From assembly GCA_040902305.1 (NCBI GenBank), contig JBBDXN010000158.1, positions 1-63,950 of the forward strand: DNA of 63,950 bases, read 5' to 3'. This document shows, in pieces, positions 49,803 through 59,523 of this stretch (position 1 is its first letter; every line of letters begins with the position of its first letter). The notes below the pieces were generated by a model. That model had not been told where the DNA came from. It made no database searches and saw only the letters and a program-made list of their open reading frames with translations. Both the position numbers and the translations under genes were made by a program. Origin of the DNA: Candidatus Rokuibacteriota bacterium. Its GTDB lineage: Bacteria > Methylomirabilota > Methylomirabilia > Rokubacteriales > CSP1-6.

Positions 49803-49918
49803 CTTAAACATCACCCGCGGCCTGAACCAGGTACCGCGTGGTGACCAAGAGCGTCGTCGGCCAGACGCTCCTCGTAAGCCGGAGATTGGGCAGCCGGCAT
49901 GCACGCAAGAGAGGGCTG

Positions 49919-50881
49919 ATGACCATGAATCGCGAGGAAAGGCTGCTGAGCGAGATGATCCGGATCCGTCGCGTCGAGGAGACGCTCGCGGACCTGTATC
50001 CGTCGCAGGAGATGCGCACGCCGACACACTTTTCCATTGGACAGGAAGCGGTAGCGGTTGGCGTCTGTGCCGCCCTCCGCCGCGACGATGTGGTCTACAG
50101 CGGCCACCGCTGCCACGCGCACTATCTGGCGAAGGGCGGCGATCTGTCCGGCATGGTCGCCGAGCTCTACGGCCGCGAGACCGGCTGCGCGCACGGACGC
50201 GGAGGGTCCGTCCATCTCAACGATCCCGAAGCGGGGCTCATCGCGTCGTCCGCGATCCTCGGCCAGACGATGGCGGTGGCGGTCGGGACCGCGATGGCCT
50301 TCGCGATGGACGGCCGGGACCAGATGGCGGTGACCTTCTTCGGCGACGGCACCGTGGAGGAGGGCATCTTTCACGAGACCCTGAACTTCGCGGTGATGCG
50401 CCGGACGCCGGTGCTGTTCGTCTGCGAGAATAACGGCTACTCGACCCACACGCGGCTCGACGTCCGTCAGCCCGCCGGGGTTCCGATTCACGCGCGCGGG
50501 GCCTCCTACGGGATGCCGTCGCGCCTGGTCGACGGCAACGACGTCTTCGCGGTGTTCGACGCGGCCCGGCAGGCGGTGGCTCACTGCCGGCGGGGCGCCG
50601 GGCCGTTCTTCCTCGAGTGCACGACCTACCGGTGGCGCGAGCACGTCGGGCCCTTCTGGGACTACGACAAGGGCTACCGCAGCAAGGCGGAAGTCGACTC
50701 GTGGGTCGCCCGCTGCCCGATCCGGCGCGCCTCCGAGCGCCTGATTGCCGAGGGCTCCTGCACCACCGACCGGATCGCGGCCATGGAGCGGGCGAGCCAG
50801 ATCGAGGTGGACGCAGCGGTCGCGGCCGCGCGGGCCGCCGCCTTCCCGGCGGTGGAAGACCTCACGCTGGGGACCTACTGA
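49919..50881 (+). CDS. TPP-dependent dehydrogenase E1 alpha-like subunit
   Basis: HFSIGQEA, GRGGSVH, FFGDG..EEG..E.LN, CENN, TYRW.EH. Confidence 0.88.
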   Translation: MTMNREERLLSEMIRIRRVEETLADLYPSQEMRTPTHFSIGQEAVAVGVCAALRRDDVVYSGHRCHAHYLAKGGDLSGMVAELYGRETGCAHGRGGSVHLNDPEAGLIASSAILGQTMAVAVGTAMAFAMDGRDQMAVTFFGDGTVEEGIFHETLNFAVMRRTPVLFVCENNGYSTHTRLDVRQPAGVPIHARGASYGMPSRLVDGNDVFAVFDAARQAVAHCRRGAGPFFLECTTYRWREHVGPFWDYDKGYRSKAEVDSWVARCPIRRASERLIAEGSCTTDRIAAMERASQIEVDAAVAAARAAAFPAVEDLTLGTY

Positions 50882-50889
50882 GGACGCTG

Positions 50890-51924
50890 ATGAGACGACT
50901 GACCTACGGGCAGGCCATCAGCGAAGCCACCGTGCAGTGCATGGCGGAGGATCCCAACATCTTCGTCGCGGGCATCGGTGTCGACGACTTCAAGGGGATC
51001 TTCGGCACCACCGCGGAGGCCTTCCGCCGCTTCGGCCCCGGGCGGGTCTTCGACATCCCGAACGGCGAGAACGCGATGACCGGGATCGCCATCGGCGCCG
51101 CCGCGGCCGGTAAGCGCCCGCTCGTGGTCCATCCTCGCAACGACTTCATGTTCCTGTGCATGGACCAGTTGTTCAATCTCGCCGCGAAGTGGCGGTACAT
51201 GTTCGGTAACCGGAGCGGGGTGCCGGTGGTCTTTCGCGGCATCGTGGGGCGCGGCTGGGGCCAGGGGGCCACGCACTCCCAGAGCCTGCAGGCGCTGTTC
51301 GCCCATATCCCGGGACTCTACGTCGCGCTGCCCGCGTCGCCCGCCGACGCCAAGGGGCTCCTGGTCAGTGCCCTCACCGGGGACGGGCCGGTCGTCATCC
51401 TGGAGAACCGGGCGCTCTATGAGCTCGAGGGAGAGGTGCCGGAGAGCCTCGAGAAGGTGCCCTTCGGGCGCGGCCGTGTCGTGCGGCCCGGCACGGACAT
51501 CACGATCGTCGGCCTGTCCCTGATGGCCTACGAGGCGGCCCGCGCCGCCGAGATCCTGGTCGAGCACAATGTGAGCGCGGAGGTGATCGACCTCCGCTGC
51601 GCCCGGCCGCTCGACGCCGAGATCATCCTCACGTCCCTGCGGAAGACGGGCCGTCTCGTGGTCGCGGATACGAGCTGGGCGCTGTGCGGCGTGTCCGCCG
51701 AGGTCGCGGCGATCGCGGCCGAGAAGGGCTGGTCGCACTTGAAGGCGCCGGTTCGACGGGTCACGCCTCCCGACTGCCCGGCGCCGGTCGCCAAGCCGCT
51801 CGAGGACGCGTTCCATCCGAATCCGCTCACCATTGCCCAGGCCTGCCTCGACGTGCTGAAGGCGGGTGTTCCCCTGGGGGCTCGGGTCACCGACGTGCAG
51901 GCGACGTTCGCGGGGCCCTACTGA
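50890..51924 (+). CDS. TPP-dependent dehydrogenase E1 beta-like subunit
   Basis: ENAMTGIAIG, GATHSQS, DAKGLL, EVIDLR. Confidence 0.88.
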   Translation: MRRLTYGQAISEATVQCMAEDPNIFVAGIGVDDFKGIFGTTAEAFRRFGPGRVFDIPNGENAMTGIAIGAAAAGKRPLVVHPRNDFMFLCMDQLFNLAAKWRYMFGNRSGVPVVFRGIVGRGWGQGATHSQSLQALFAHIPGLYVALPASPADAKGLLVSALTGDGPVVILENRALYELEGEVPESLEKVPFGRGRVVRPGTDITIVGLSLMAYEAARAAEILVEHNVSAEVIDLRCARPLDAEIILTSLRKTGRLVVADTSWALCGVSAEVAAIAAEKGWSHLKAPVRRVTPPDCPAPVAKPLEDAFHPNPLTIAQACLDVLKAGVPLGARVTDVQATFAGPY

Positions 51925-51925
51925 G

Positions 51926-52651
51926 ATGGACGCCGCGCGTCGGGTCAGCGTGTTCCTCCCCGCGTACAACGAGGTGGACAACCTCGAGGGGGCGGTGGCG
52001 GACATCGTGTGGGCGGCCGGCCTCGAGCTCGCGGAGTACGAGATCTTGATCGTCAACGATAGCAGCACCGACGGGACGGGCGATCTCGCCGAGCGCCTCG
52101 CCCGGGAAGACCCGCGCATCCGAGCCATCCACCAGCCCCGGAACATGGGCATCGCGGCGGCCTACGAGCGGGCGCTGGACGAGGCCAAGCTCGACTACTT
52201 CAGCTTTCTGGCCGCCGACGGGGAGATCGCTCGGGAGTCCGTTCGCGACATCCTCGGGGCGGTCGGACGGGCCGACATTGTCTCGCCCTATCACCAGAAC
52301 CCCCGGGCGCGCCAGCTGCATCGTCGCGTCCTGACGTGGGGGTCGACCGCGCTGGTCAACGTCCTTTTCGTTCAGCGTATGCACTACTACCAGGGGCCCT
52401 GCATCTATCCGGTGGAGCTCGCGCGGGCCCTGCCCAAGACGGCGGGCGGCTTCTACTTCCTGACCCAGATGCTCATCCACGCGCTCCACGCCGGGTACAC
52501 CTGTGTCGAGGTGGGGTTGACCCACGTGGACCGCACCCACGGCCGGTCCCAGGCCGTGTCCGCCAAGAACATCCTGAAGGCGTTGCGGGCGATCGCGCAG
52601 ACGTGGTGGGTCATCCACGTCCGGAACGCGTCTGTGGCGCGGAGGGCCTGA
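51926..52651 (+). CDS. Glycosyltransferase family 2 (DPM synthase-like)
   Basis: PAYNE, VNDSSTDGT, ADG, R.HG.S. Confidence 0.85.
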   Translation: MDAARRVSVFLPAYNEVDNLEGAVADIVWAAGLELAEYEILIVNDSSTDGTGDLAERLAREDPRIRAIHQPRNMGIAAAYERALDEAKLDYFSFLAADGEIARESVRDILGAVGRADIVSPYHQNPRARQLHRRVLTWGSTALVNVLFVQRMHYYQGPCIYPVELARALPKTAGGFYFLTQMLIHALHAGYTCVEVGLTHVDRTHGRSQAVSAKNILKALRAIAQTWWVIHVRNASVARRA

Positions 52652-52652
52652 G

Positions 52653-53663
52653 ATGGCGACGAAGCGACCGACGGTGCTCGTGACCGGCGGCGGCGGATAC
52701 GTGGGGGCCGTGCTGATCCCGAAGCTGCTCGCCAAGGGGTACCGGGTCCGGGTCATCGACCTCTTCCTCTTCGGCAGCGACGTGCTGCCCCGTCACTCCG
52801 CCCTCGAGATGGTGAAGGCGGATATCCGGGATCCGGCCGCTCTCGGGAAGGCCGCGGCGGGGGCGGAAGCGGTGATCCACCTCGCCTGCATCTCGAACGA
52901 TCCGAGCTTCGGGCTGAACCCGGGACTCAGCCGCTCGATCAACTACGACTGCTTCGAGCCCCTCGTGAGCATCTCGCGCCGGGCGGGCGTGCGTCGCTTC
53001 ATCTACGCCTCGACCTCGAGCGTCTACGGGGTGAGCGACGCGCCGGACGTCACCGAGGACCACCCGCTCGTCCCGCTCACCGACTACAACAAGTACAAGG
53101 GCATGTGCGAGCCGATCCTGCTCCGCTACCAGGCTCCCGACTTCACCACCGTGATCATCCGGCCCGCCACCGTGTGCGGGTACTCGCCACGGCAGCGGCT
53201 CGACCTGACCGTCAACATCCTCACCAGCTTCGCGGTCAACCAGCGGCGCATCACCGTGTTCGGCGGCGCCCAGAAGCGTCCCAACATCCACATCGAGGAC
53301 ATCAGCGATCTCTACGTCGAGCTGCTCGACATCCCGGCGGACATGATCGCGGGCAAGACCTTCAACGCGGCCTACCAGAACCACACGGTGGCCCAGCTCG
53401 GTGAGATGGTGCGCGGGATCGTGAGCAGCGAGATGCCGCAGCTCGGCCCCATCACGATCGAGACGGTGCCGAGCAACGATACGCGCTCGTACCACGTGTC
53501 TTCCGAGAAGATCAAGCGCGAGCTCGGCTGGGCGCCTCAGCGCACCATCGAGGACGCGGTGGCTGATCTGTGCGCCGCTTTCCGGACGGGCCGGATCCCG
53601 GATCCCCTCAACGACATCCGCTACTACAACGTCAAGACGATCCAGGCCTCGGGGCTGGCCTGA
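52653..53663 (+). CDS. NAD-dependent epimerase/dehydratase (extended SDR)
   Basis: TGGGGYVG, ASTSSVYG, YNKYK. Confidence 0.88.
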   Translation: MATKRPTVLVTGGGGYVGAVLIPKLLAKGYRVRVIDLFLFGSDVLPRHSALEMVKADIRDPAALGKAAAGAEAVIHLACISNDPSFGLNPGLSRSINYDCFEPLVSISRRAGVRRFIYASTSSVYGVSDAPDVTEDHPLVPLTDYNKYKGMCEPILLRYQAPDFTTVIIRPATVCGYSPRQRLDLTVNILTSFAVNQRRITVFGGAQKRPNIHIEDISDLYVELLDIPADMIAGKTFNAAYQNHTVAQLGEMVRGIVSSEMPQLGPITIETVPSNDTRSYHVSSEKIKRELGWAPQRTIEDAVADLCAAFRTGRIPDPLNDIRYYNVKTIQASGLA

Positions 53664-53666
53664 GTG

Positions 53667-54656
53667 ATGCCGCGCGCCGTTGTCACCGGGGGAGCGGGGT
53701 TCATCGGCAGCCACATGGTCGATCTGCTGGTCGACCATGGCTACCGCGTCGTGGTGATCGACAACCTTGCGACCGGCCGCGCCGAGAACCTCGCGCAGCA
53801 CCGCCACGAGCCTCGCGTCGAGTTCCACGAGATCGACATGTGCACGGTGTCGCGGGACTCCCCACTCTTCAAGGACGTCGACTACGTGTTCCATTTCGGC
53901 GGGATCGGCGACATCGTACCGTCGATCGAGCGTCCGCTCGAGTACATGCGGGCCAACGTGGACGGCACCCTCGCGATCCTGGAAGCGTCACGTCACGCGG
54001 GCGTGCGCAAGTTCGTCTATGCGGCGTCGTCCTCCTGCTACGGCCTCGCCACCGAGCTGCCCACCACGGAGCAGGCTCCCATCCATCCGGAGTATCCCTA
54101 CGCCCTCAGCAAGTATCTGGGGGAGAGCGCGGCCCTGCACTGGGCCCAGGTGTATCGCTTGCCGGTGATCTCGATCCGCATGTTCAACGTGTACGGGCCT
54201 CGCGTCCGTACCACCGGGGCCTACGGCGCGGTGTTCGGGGTCTTCCTGGCCCAGAAGCTCCACGGCAAGCCCTTCACGGTGGTCGGGGACGGCTCGCAGC
54301 GCCGGGACTTCGTCTTCGTGACCGACGTGGCCCGCGCCTATCTCATGGCCGCGGAGTCCGCCGAGACCAACCAGGTCTTCAACATGGGCTCGGGGAGTCC
54401 CCAGACCATCAACCGGCTCATAGGGCTGATGGGAGGCGACGTGGTACACGTGCCGAAGCGGCCGGGCGAACCGGACTGCACCTGGGCCGACATCGGGCGG
54501 ATCCAGCGCGCCCTCGGCTGGAAGCCGGAAATCTCCTTCCCGCAGGGGGTGGCCGCGATGCTCGCGCAGATCGACGAGTGGCGGGCCGCGCCCCTGTGGA
54601 CACCCGAGAAGATCGAGGCGGCCACCCGCACCTGGTTCCACCACCTCGCGCGATGA
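53667..54656 (+). CDS. NAD-dependent epimerase/dehydratase (extended SDR)
   Basis: TGGAGFIGS, YALSK, FNVYGP, RDFVFV.D. Confidence 0.88.
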   Translation: MPRAVVTGGAGFIGSHMVDLLVDHGYRVVVIDNLATGRAENLAQHRHEPRVEFHEIDMCTVSRDSPLFKDVDYVFHFGGIGDIVPSIERPLEYMRANVDGTLAILEASRHAGVRKFVYAASSSCYGLATELPTTEQAPIHPEYPYALSKYLGESAALHWAQVYRLPVISIRMFNVYGPRVRTTGAYGAVFGVFLAQKLHGKPFTVVGDGSQRRDFVFVTDVARAYLMAAESAETNQVFNMGSGSPQTINRLIGLMGGDVVHVPKRPGEPDCTWADIGRIQRALGWKPEISFPQGVAAMLAQIDEWRAAPLWTPEKIEAATRTWFHHLAR

Positions 54657-56188
54657 AGGCCGACTACCGGCACAAGATCAAGACGCTGGAGGAGTTGGCC
54701 GCCGCCATCGGCCCGCGGCCCCGCGCGAAGACCGTGATCATGTGCCACGGGATGTTCGACATCGTCCATCCTGGCCACCTGCGGCACCTGATGTACGCGA
54801 AGGACAAGGCCGACCTCCTGATCGCCAGTCTCACCGCGGACGAGCACGCCACCAAGGCCGCCTTCCGCCCGTACGTGCCCCAGGATCTCCGCGCGGCCAA
54901 CCTGGCCGCGCTCGAGATGGTCGACTACGTCATCATCGATCCCCACCCCACTCCGATCGAGCACATCACGTACCTGCAGCCGGACTACTTCGCCAAGGGC
55001 TACGAGTACTTCTCGGAGGGAGTTCCGCCCCGGACCCAGGAGGAGATCGACACCCTGGAAAGCTACGGCGGCGAGATCGTGTTCACCCCCGGCGACGTGG
55101 TGTACTCGTCGTCGCGGCTGATCGACGCAGCTCCGCCGAATCTCGGCGTCGAGAAGCTCCTGGCTCTGATGGAGTCCGAGGGTTTCGGCTTCGACCGCCT
55201 GCGCGAGACCCTGGGCCGGATGCGCGGCCTGCGCGTGCACGTGGTCGGCGACACCATCGTGGACAGCTACTCCTCCTGCTCCCTCCTCGGCGCCACCGCC
55301 AAGTCCCCGACCTTCAGCGTCAAGCACGAGCGCACCGAGATCTTCGCGGGCGGTGCCGCGGTGGTGGCCAAGCACGTGAAGGCGGCGGGGGCCGAGGTCT
55401 CCTTCTCGACCGTGCTCGGCAACGACGCGGCCAAGGACTTCGTGCTGAAGGACCTGGAGGAGGCCGGGATCGTGGTGCACGGCTTCATCGATCGCACCCG
55501 GCCGACCACCCAGAAGGAGCGCTTCGTCGCGGACGGCTACAAGATGCTGCAGGTGGACCGGGTCGACAACCGGGCGGTGTCGGACAAGGCGCTCCGCTAC
55601 CTCAGCGACTCGATGGCGGATAGCCGCCCCGACATCGTGATCTTCAGCGACTTCCGCCACGGCATCTTCCGGTCGAAGAGCATCCGGATGTTCCGGGAGC
55701 GCGTTCCTGCCGGCGCGATCAAGGTGGCGGACAGCCAGGTGTCGAACCGGTGGGGCAATATCCTCGAGTTCACCGACTTCGACCTCCTGACCCCGAACGA
55801 GCGCGAGGCGCGCTTTGCCCTGGGCGATCAGGACTCGGTCGTCCGGCCACTCGCCCTGCAGCTCTTCCGGCTCGCCCGCTGCAAGCACCTGATCGTCAAG
55901 CTCGGAGAGCGGGGCATCCTCGGCTACCGCACCCCCGGCCACAACCCACGCGAGTTCTTCACGGTGGACAGCCTGGTGGATACCCTCAAGGACCCGGTGG
56001 GCGCCGGCGACGCCCTCTTGAGCTATGCCGCGCTCGCCCTGGCCGCCACCGGGGACATCGTGGTCGCGTCCATCCTCGGATCGGTGTCGGCTGCGCTGGC
56101 CTGCGAGCACCAGGGCAACCGGCAGATCACGCCGGGCGAGGTGGAGGAGAAGCTCCACCGGATCGAGAAACGGGCCCACTTCGAATGA
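54653..56188 (+). CDS. Bifunctional nucleotidyltransferase-PfkB kinase (HldE/RfaE-like, reversed domain order)
   Basis: N-terminal HGMFDIVHPGH; C-terminal GGAA, TPNERE, DPVGAGD. Confidence 0.85.
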   Translation: MKADYRHKIKTLEELAAAIGPRPRAKTVIMCHGMFDIVHPGHLRHLMYAKDKADLLIASLTADEHATKAAFRPYVPQDLRAANLAALEMVDYVIIDPHPTPIEHITYLQPDYFAKGYEYFSEGVPPRTQEEIDTLESYGGEIVFTPGDVVYSSSRLIDAAPPNLGVEKLLALMESEGFGFDRLRETLGRMRGLRVHVVGDTIVDSYSSCSLLGATAKSPTFSVKHERTEIFAGGAAVVAKHVKAAGAEVSFSTVLGNDAAKDFVLKDLEEAGIVVHGFIDRTRPTTQKERFVADGYKMLQVDRVDNRAVSDKALRYLSDSMADSRPDIVIFSDFRHGIFRSKSIRMFRERVPAGAIKVADSQVSNRWGNILEFTDFDLLTPNEREARFALGDQDSVVRPLALQLFRLARCKHLIVKLGERGILGYRTPGHNPREFFTVDSLVDTLKDPVGAGDALLSYAALALAATGDIVVASILGSVSAALACEHQGNRQITPGEVEEKLHRIEKRAHFE

Positions 56189-57099
56189 GGTACCTGCTGG
56201 TGGGTCTCGGGAATATCGGCGGCAAGCGCCGAGTTGTGCTGGGCGACCGGTGCGTGGCCACCGTGGATCCCTTCAATCCCGCCGCCGACTTCCGCCAGCC
56301 AGAGCAGTGCCCGGACGCGCGCTACGACGCCGCGATCCTGGCCGTCCCCAACGACGTGAAAGTCCGGCTGATGGAGTACTTCCTCGCCCGCGGAAAGCAC
56401 GTGCTCGTCGAGAAGCCGCTGATGCTGGACCAGGCGACCGGCGAGCGGCTCGGCCGGCTTGCCCGCGCCTCGGGCGCGGTCTGGTACACGGCCTACAACT
56501 TCCGGTTCGAGCCCAATGTCTTGGCGCTCAAGCGGCATCTGGAGGCGGGCACTGTCGGACGGCTCTACCGGGTGCGGATGTTTTACGGCAACGGCAGCGC
56601 CGGCAGCATCGCGGGGACCTGGCGCGACAGCCCGCTCGGCATCCTCGAGGACATGGCCTCCCACCTGATCGACCTCACCGGGTTCGTCTTCGGGCGCTTC
56701 GGGGCCGAGTTCCGCGTGTGGGAACGCCGGGGCTACGAGCTGAAGGGCTTCGACCACTGCCTTCTCGCGACGTCCGACCGCAGCGTGACCATCGAGTGCA
56801 GCTTTCTCTCCTGGAGGAACCGCTGGCGGATCGAAGCCCTCGGAGAGGACGGCGCGCTGGAGATGAACGGGCTCACCAAGTGGGGCAAGAGCGAGCTGGT
56901 GATCCTGCGCCGCCGCCGGCCCAGCGGCGTGCCCGATGAGAGCCGGGAGGTGGCCCACGGTCCGGACCCCACCTGGGCGGCCGACATCCGGCACTTCGAG
57001 GAGATGGCGGCGACGGGAGCGAGCTCGTGTGAGAACGACCTGTGGCTGTCCCGGACCGTGGAGGCGGCGGCGACGAGCCGTCTGGAGGGCGGCTCGTGA
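56185..57099 (+). CDS. Gfo/Idh/MocA-family oxidoreductase
   Basis: GLGNIG, HVLVEKP, YNFRF, D..SH.ID. Confidence 0.85.
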   Translation: MRYLLVGLGNIGGKRRVVLGDRCVATVDPFNPAADFRQPEQCPDARYDAAILAVPNDVKVRLMEYFLARGKHVLVEKPLMLDQATGERLGRLARASGAVWYTAYNFRFEPNVLALKRHLEAGTVGRLYRVRMFYGNGSAGSIAGTWRDSPLGILEDMASHLIDLTGFVFGRFGAEFRVWERRGYELKGFDHCLLATSDRSVTIECSFLSWRNRWRIEALGEDGALEMNGLTKWGKSELVILRRRRPSGVPDESREVAHGPDPTWAADIRHFEEMAATGASSCENDLWLSRTVEAAATSRLEGGS

Positions 57100-58394
57100 G
57101 CGGCGGGCCGACCGGGTTCCTCGGGCTCTCCCACCTCGGGGTCATCTCGAGCATCGGCTGGGCCTCGCTCGGATCCCGGGTGGTCGCGGTCGATCTTGAC
57201 CACGACCCAGTCGAGCGCCTCGCCCGCGGCGAGCTGCCGTTGCACGAGCCGTCGCTCCCTGAGCTGTTTGCGACGACCCGCGTCCGCATGTGCTTCTCGG
57301 CCGATCCGGCCGCCCTCGGCGAGTGCGATCTGGTCATCGTCTCCCGGGACATTCCAACCGACGCCGACAACGCGAGCGATTGCTCGGTCGTCGACCGGCT
57401 GATCGACGCCGCGATTCCGCACCTCCGGCCCGGCTCGACCCTGGTCCTGATGAGCCAGGTGCCGCCGGGGTCCACCCGCGCCCTCGCCACGAAGATCCAG
57501 GCGCGCCGGCCCGAGGCCGGCATCGCCGTCTACTACTGGGTCGAGACCCTCGTTCTTGGCAACGCGGTCGAGCGGTTCCTGAAGCCGGAGCGTCTCATCG
57601 TGGGCGCCGCCGATCCCGCCCGGCCACTCCCCGCCGATCTGGACGAGGGCCTCCGCCGGTTCGGCTGCCCAATCCTCCCGATGGGCTACGAGAGCGCCGA
57701 GCTCACCAAGACCGCGATCAATCTCTACCTGTTCGGCGCGGTGACCTACGCGAACACCCTCTCCGACCTCTGCGAGGCGGTGGGCGCCAACTGGTCGGAG
57801 ATGGTCCCGGCCCTGCGGCTCGACCGTCGCATCGGCCCCTCCGCCTATATCCGCCCGAGCCTCGGTGTGGCCGGAGGAAACCTCGAGCGCGACCTCGTGA
57901 CCCTGCGCGGCCTCGGTCAGCGGCACGGGGTCGACGTCGCCTACGTGGACACGCTCCTCGCCCACAATGCGCGCCGGTATCGCTGGGTCCACCGCCAGCT
58001 CGAGCGCCGGGTGCTGGATCGGGACTCGCGCCCGGTCGTGGCGGTATGGGGTCTCGCCTACAAGAAGGACACGCGGTCCACCAAGAACTCGATGGCGCTG
58101 CGGGTGATCGAGAACCTGCGCGGCCGCGCCGAGGTGCGGGCCTACGATCCGCTCGTCAAGGGGCGGGACGTCGACGTGGCGGCCACGCTCGTCGAGAGCC
58201 GCGACGCCGCGCTGGTCGGCGCCGATTGCCTGCTGATCCTGACCGACTGCGACGAGTTCGCCGCGCCGGCCGGAGCTGGATTCAAGACGATGCGGCGGCC
58301 GGTCGTCATCGATTGCGTCGGGGTGATGGATGCGGGCCGCGCGGATCTTCACGGGGTGGAGTACGTGGCGATGGGCCGGCCGGGGCGTCGGTGA
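57096..58394 (+). CDS. UDP-glucose/GDP-mannose dehydrogenase family protein lacking the catalytic Cys
   Basis: SAELTK..IN, D.RIG, WGLAYK..T..T..S; GGNLERD in place of GGSCLPKD. Confidence 0.8.
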   Translation: MSGGPTGFLGLSHLGVISSIGWASLGSRVVAVDLDHDPVERLARGELPLHEPSLPELFATTRVRMCFSADPAALGECDLVIVSRDIPTDADNASDCSVVDRLIDAAIPHLRPGSTLVLMSQVPPGSTRALATKIQARRPEAGIAVYYWVETLVLGNAVERFLKPERLIVGAADPARPLPADLDEGLRRFGCPILPMGYESAELTKTAINLYLFGAVTYANTLSDLCEAVGANWSEMVPALRLDRRIGPSAYIRPSLGVAGGNLERDLVTLRGLGQRHGVDVAYVDTLLAHNARRYRWVHRQLERRVLDRDSRPVVAVWGLAYKKDTRSTKNSMALRVIENLRGRAEVRAYDPLVKGRDVDVAATLVESRDAALVGADCLLILTDCDEFAAPAGAGFKTMRRPVVIDCVGVMDAGRADLHGVEYVAMGRPGRR

Positions 58395-58927
58395 GTGGAC
58401 GGGCGGTGTTCCTTGATCGCGACGGGGTGCTGGTGGAGACGCTCGTCCGGGACGGTCGCGCCTACGCGGCGCTGACCATCGAGCAGTTCCGGATCTGCCC
58501 AGAAGCCCGGGATCAGGTCGGGCGGCTCCGAGCGGCGAGGCTGCGCCCGATCGTCTTCACCAACCAGCCCGAGGTCGCCCGCGGCACGCTTCGCGTGGAG
58601 ACGCTCGAGGCGATGCACGCGCGGCTGCGGGAGGCGGTGGACGTGGACGACATCCTGGTCTGCGTCCACACCGACCGCGACGACTGCGCCTGCCGCAAGC
58701 CTCGGCCGGGCATGCTCCAGGCAGCGGCGCGGACCTGGCAGCTCGATCTGTCCGCCTCGTTCGTGGTGGGCGATCGGGGGCGGGACATCGACGCGGGGCG
58801 TGCGGTCGGATGCTACACGGTGCTCATCGAGCGCCCTTACAGCGAGTGCCGCGAGGCGGACGCGCGGGTGGCCGATCTGGCCGGCGCGGTCGACGCGGTA
58901 CTGGCCCGGGCAAAGGATCGCCAATGA
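58391..58927 (+). CDS. gmhB: GmhB-type HAD sugar-bisphosphate phosphatase
   Basis: FLDRDG, TNQ, C.H....CACRKP.PGM, VGD..D. Confidence 0.82.
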   Translation: MSGRAVFLDRDGVLVETLVRDGRAYAALTIEQFRICPEARDQVGRLRAARLRPIVFTNQPEVARGTLRVETLEAMHARLREAVDVDDILVCVHTDRDDCACRKPRPGMLQAAARTWQLDLSASFVVGDRGRDIDAGRAVGCYTVLIERPYSECREADARVADLAGAVDAVLARAKDRQ

Positions 58928-59523
58928 ATTTCGTCGCCCAGTACCTCGCGGAGGTCGCGCAGGTGGCGGCAGGCATCGACCACGCCGCGGTCACGAGCCT
59001 GGTGGAGCTCCTCGCGGAGGCACGCGACGGCGGCGGGCGCCTCTTCGTGCTGGGCGTCGGCGGCAGCGCCGGCAACGCCTCGCACGCGGTGAACGACTTC
59101 CGGAAGATCGCGGGCTTCGAGGCCTACGCGCCCACCGACAACGTGTCGGAGCTGACCGCGCGGATCAACGACGACGGCTGGGACAGCTCGTTCGCCAACT
59201 GGCTCAAGGCGAGTCGCCTCGGTTCGCGCGATTGCGTGCTGGTCTTCTCGGTGGGCGGCGGCGACCTGGTGCGGAAGGTGAGCATCAATCTGGTGCGCGC
59301 GCTGGAGCACGCCAAGACGGTCGGGGCGCGTATCGGCGCCATCGTCGGCCGTGACGGAGGCTTCACCGCGACGGTGGCCGACGCGTGCGTGATCATCCCC
59401 ACCGTGAGCCCCGAGCGACTCACCGCGCACGCCGAGGCCTTCCAGGCGGTGGTGTGGCACATGCTCGTGGCCCATCCTCGCCTTCAGGCGGCTCCGATGC
59501 GCTGGGAGAGCCTCGCGCGATGA
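58924..59523 (+). CDS. gmhA: GmhA-type SIS phosphosugar isomerase
   Basis: G.GGSAGNASH, TARINDDG, S.NLV.AL, E..Q..H. Confidence 0.78.
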   Translation: MNFVAQYLAEVAQVAAGIDHAAVTSLVELLAEARDGGGRLFVLGVGGSAGNASHAVNDFRKIAGFEAYAPTDNVSELTARINDDGWDSSFANWLKASRLGSRDCVLVFSVGGGDLVRKVSINLVRALEHAKTVGARIGAIVGRDGGFTATVADACVIIPTVSPERLTAHAEAFQAVVWHMLVAHPRLQAAPMRWESLAR

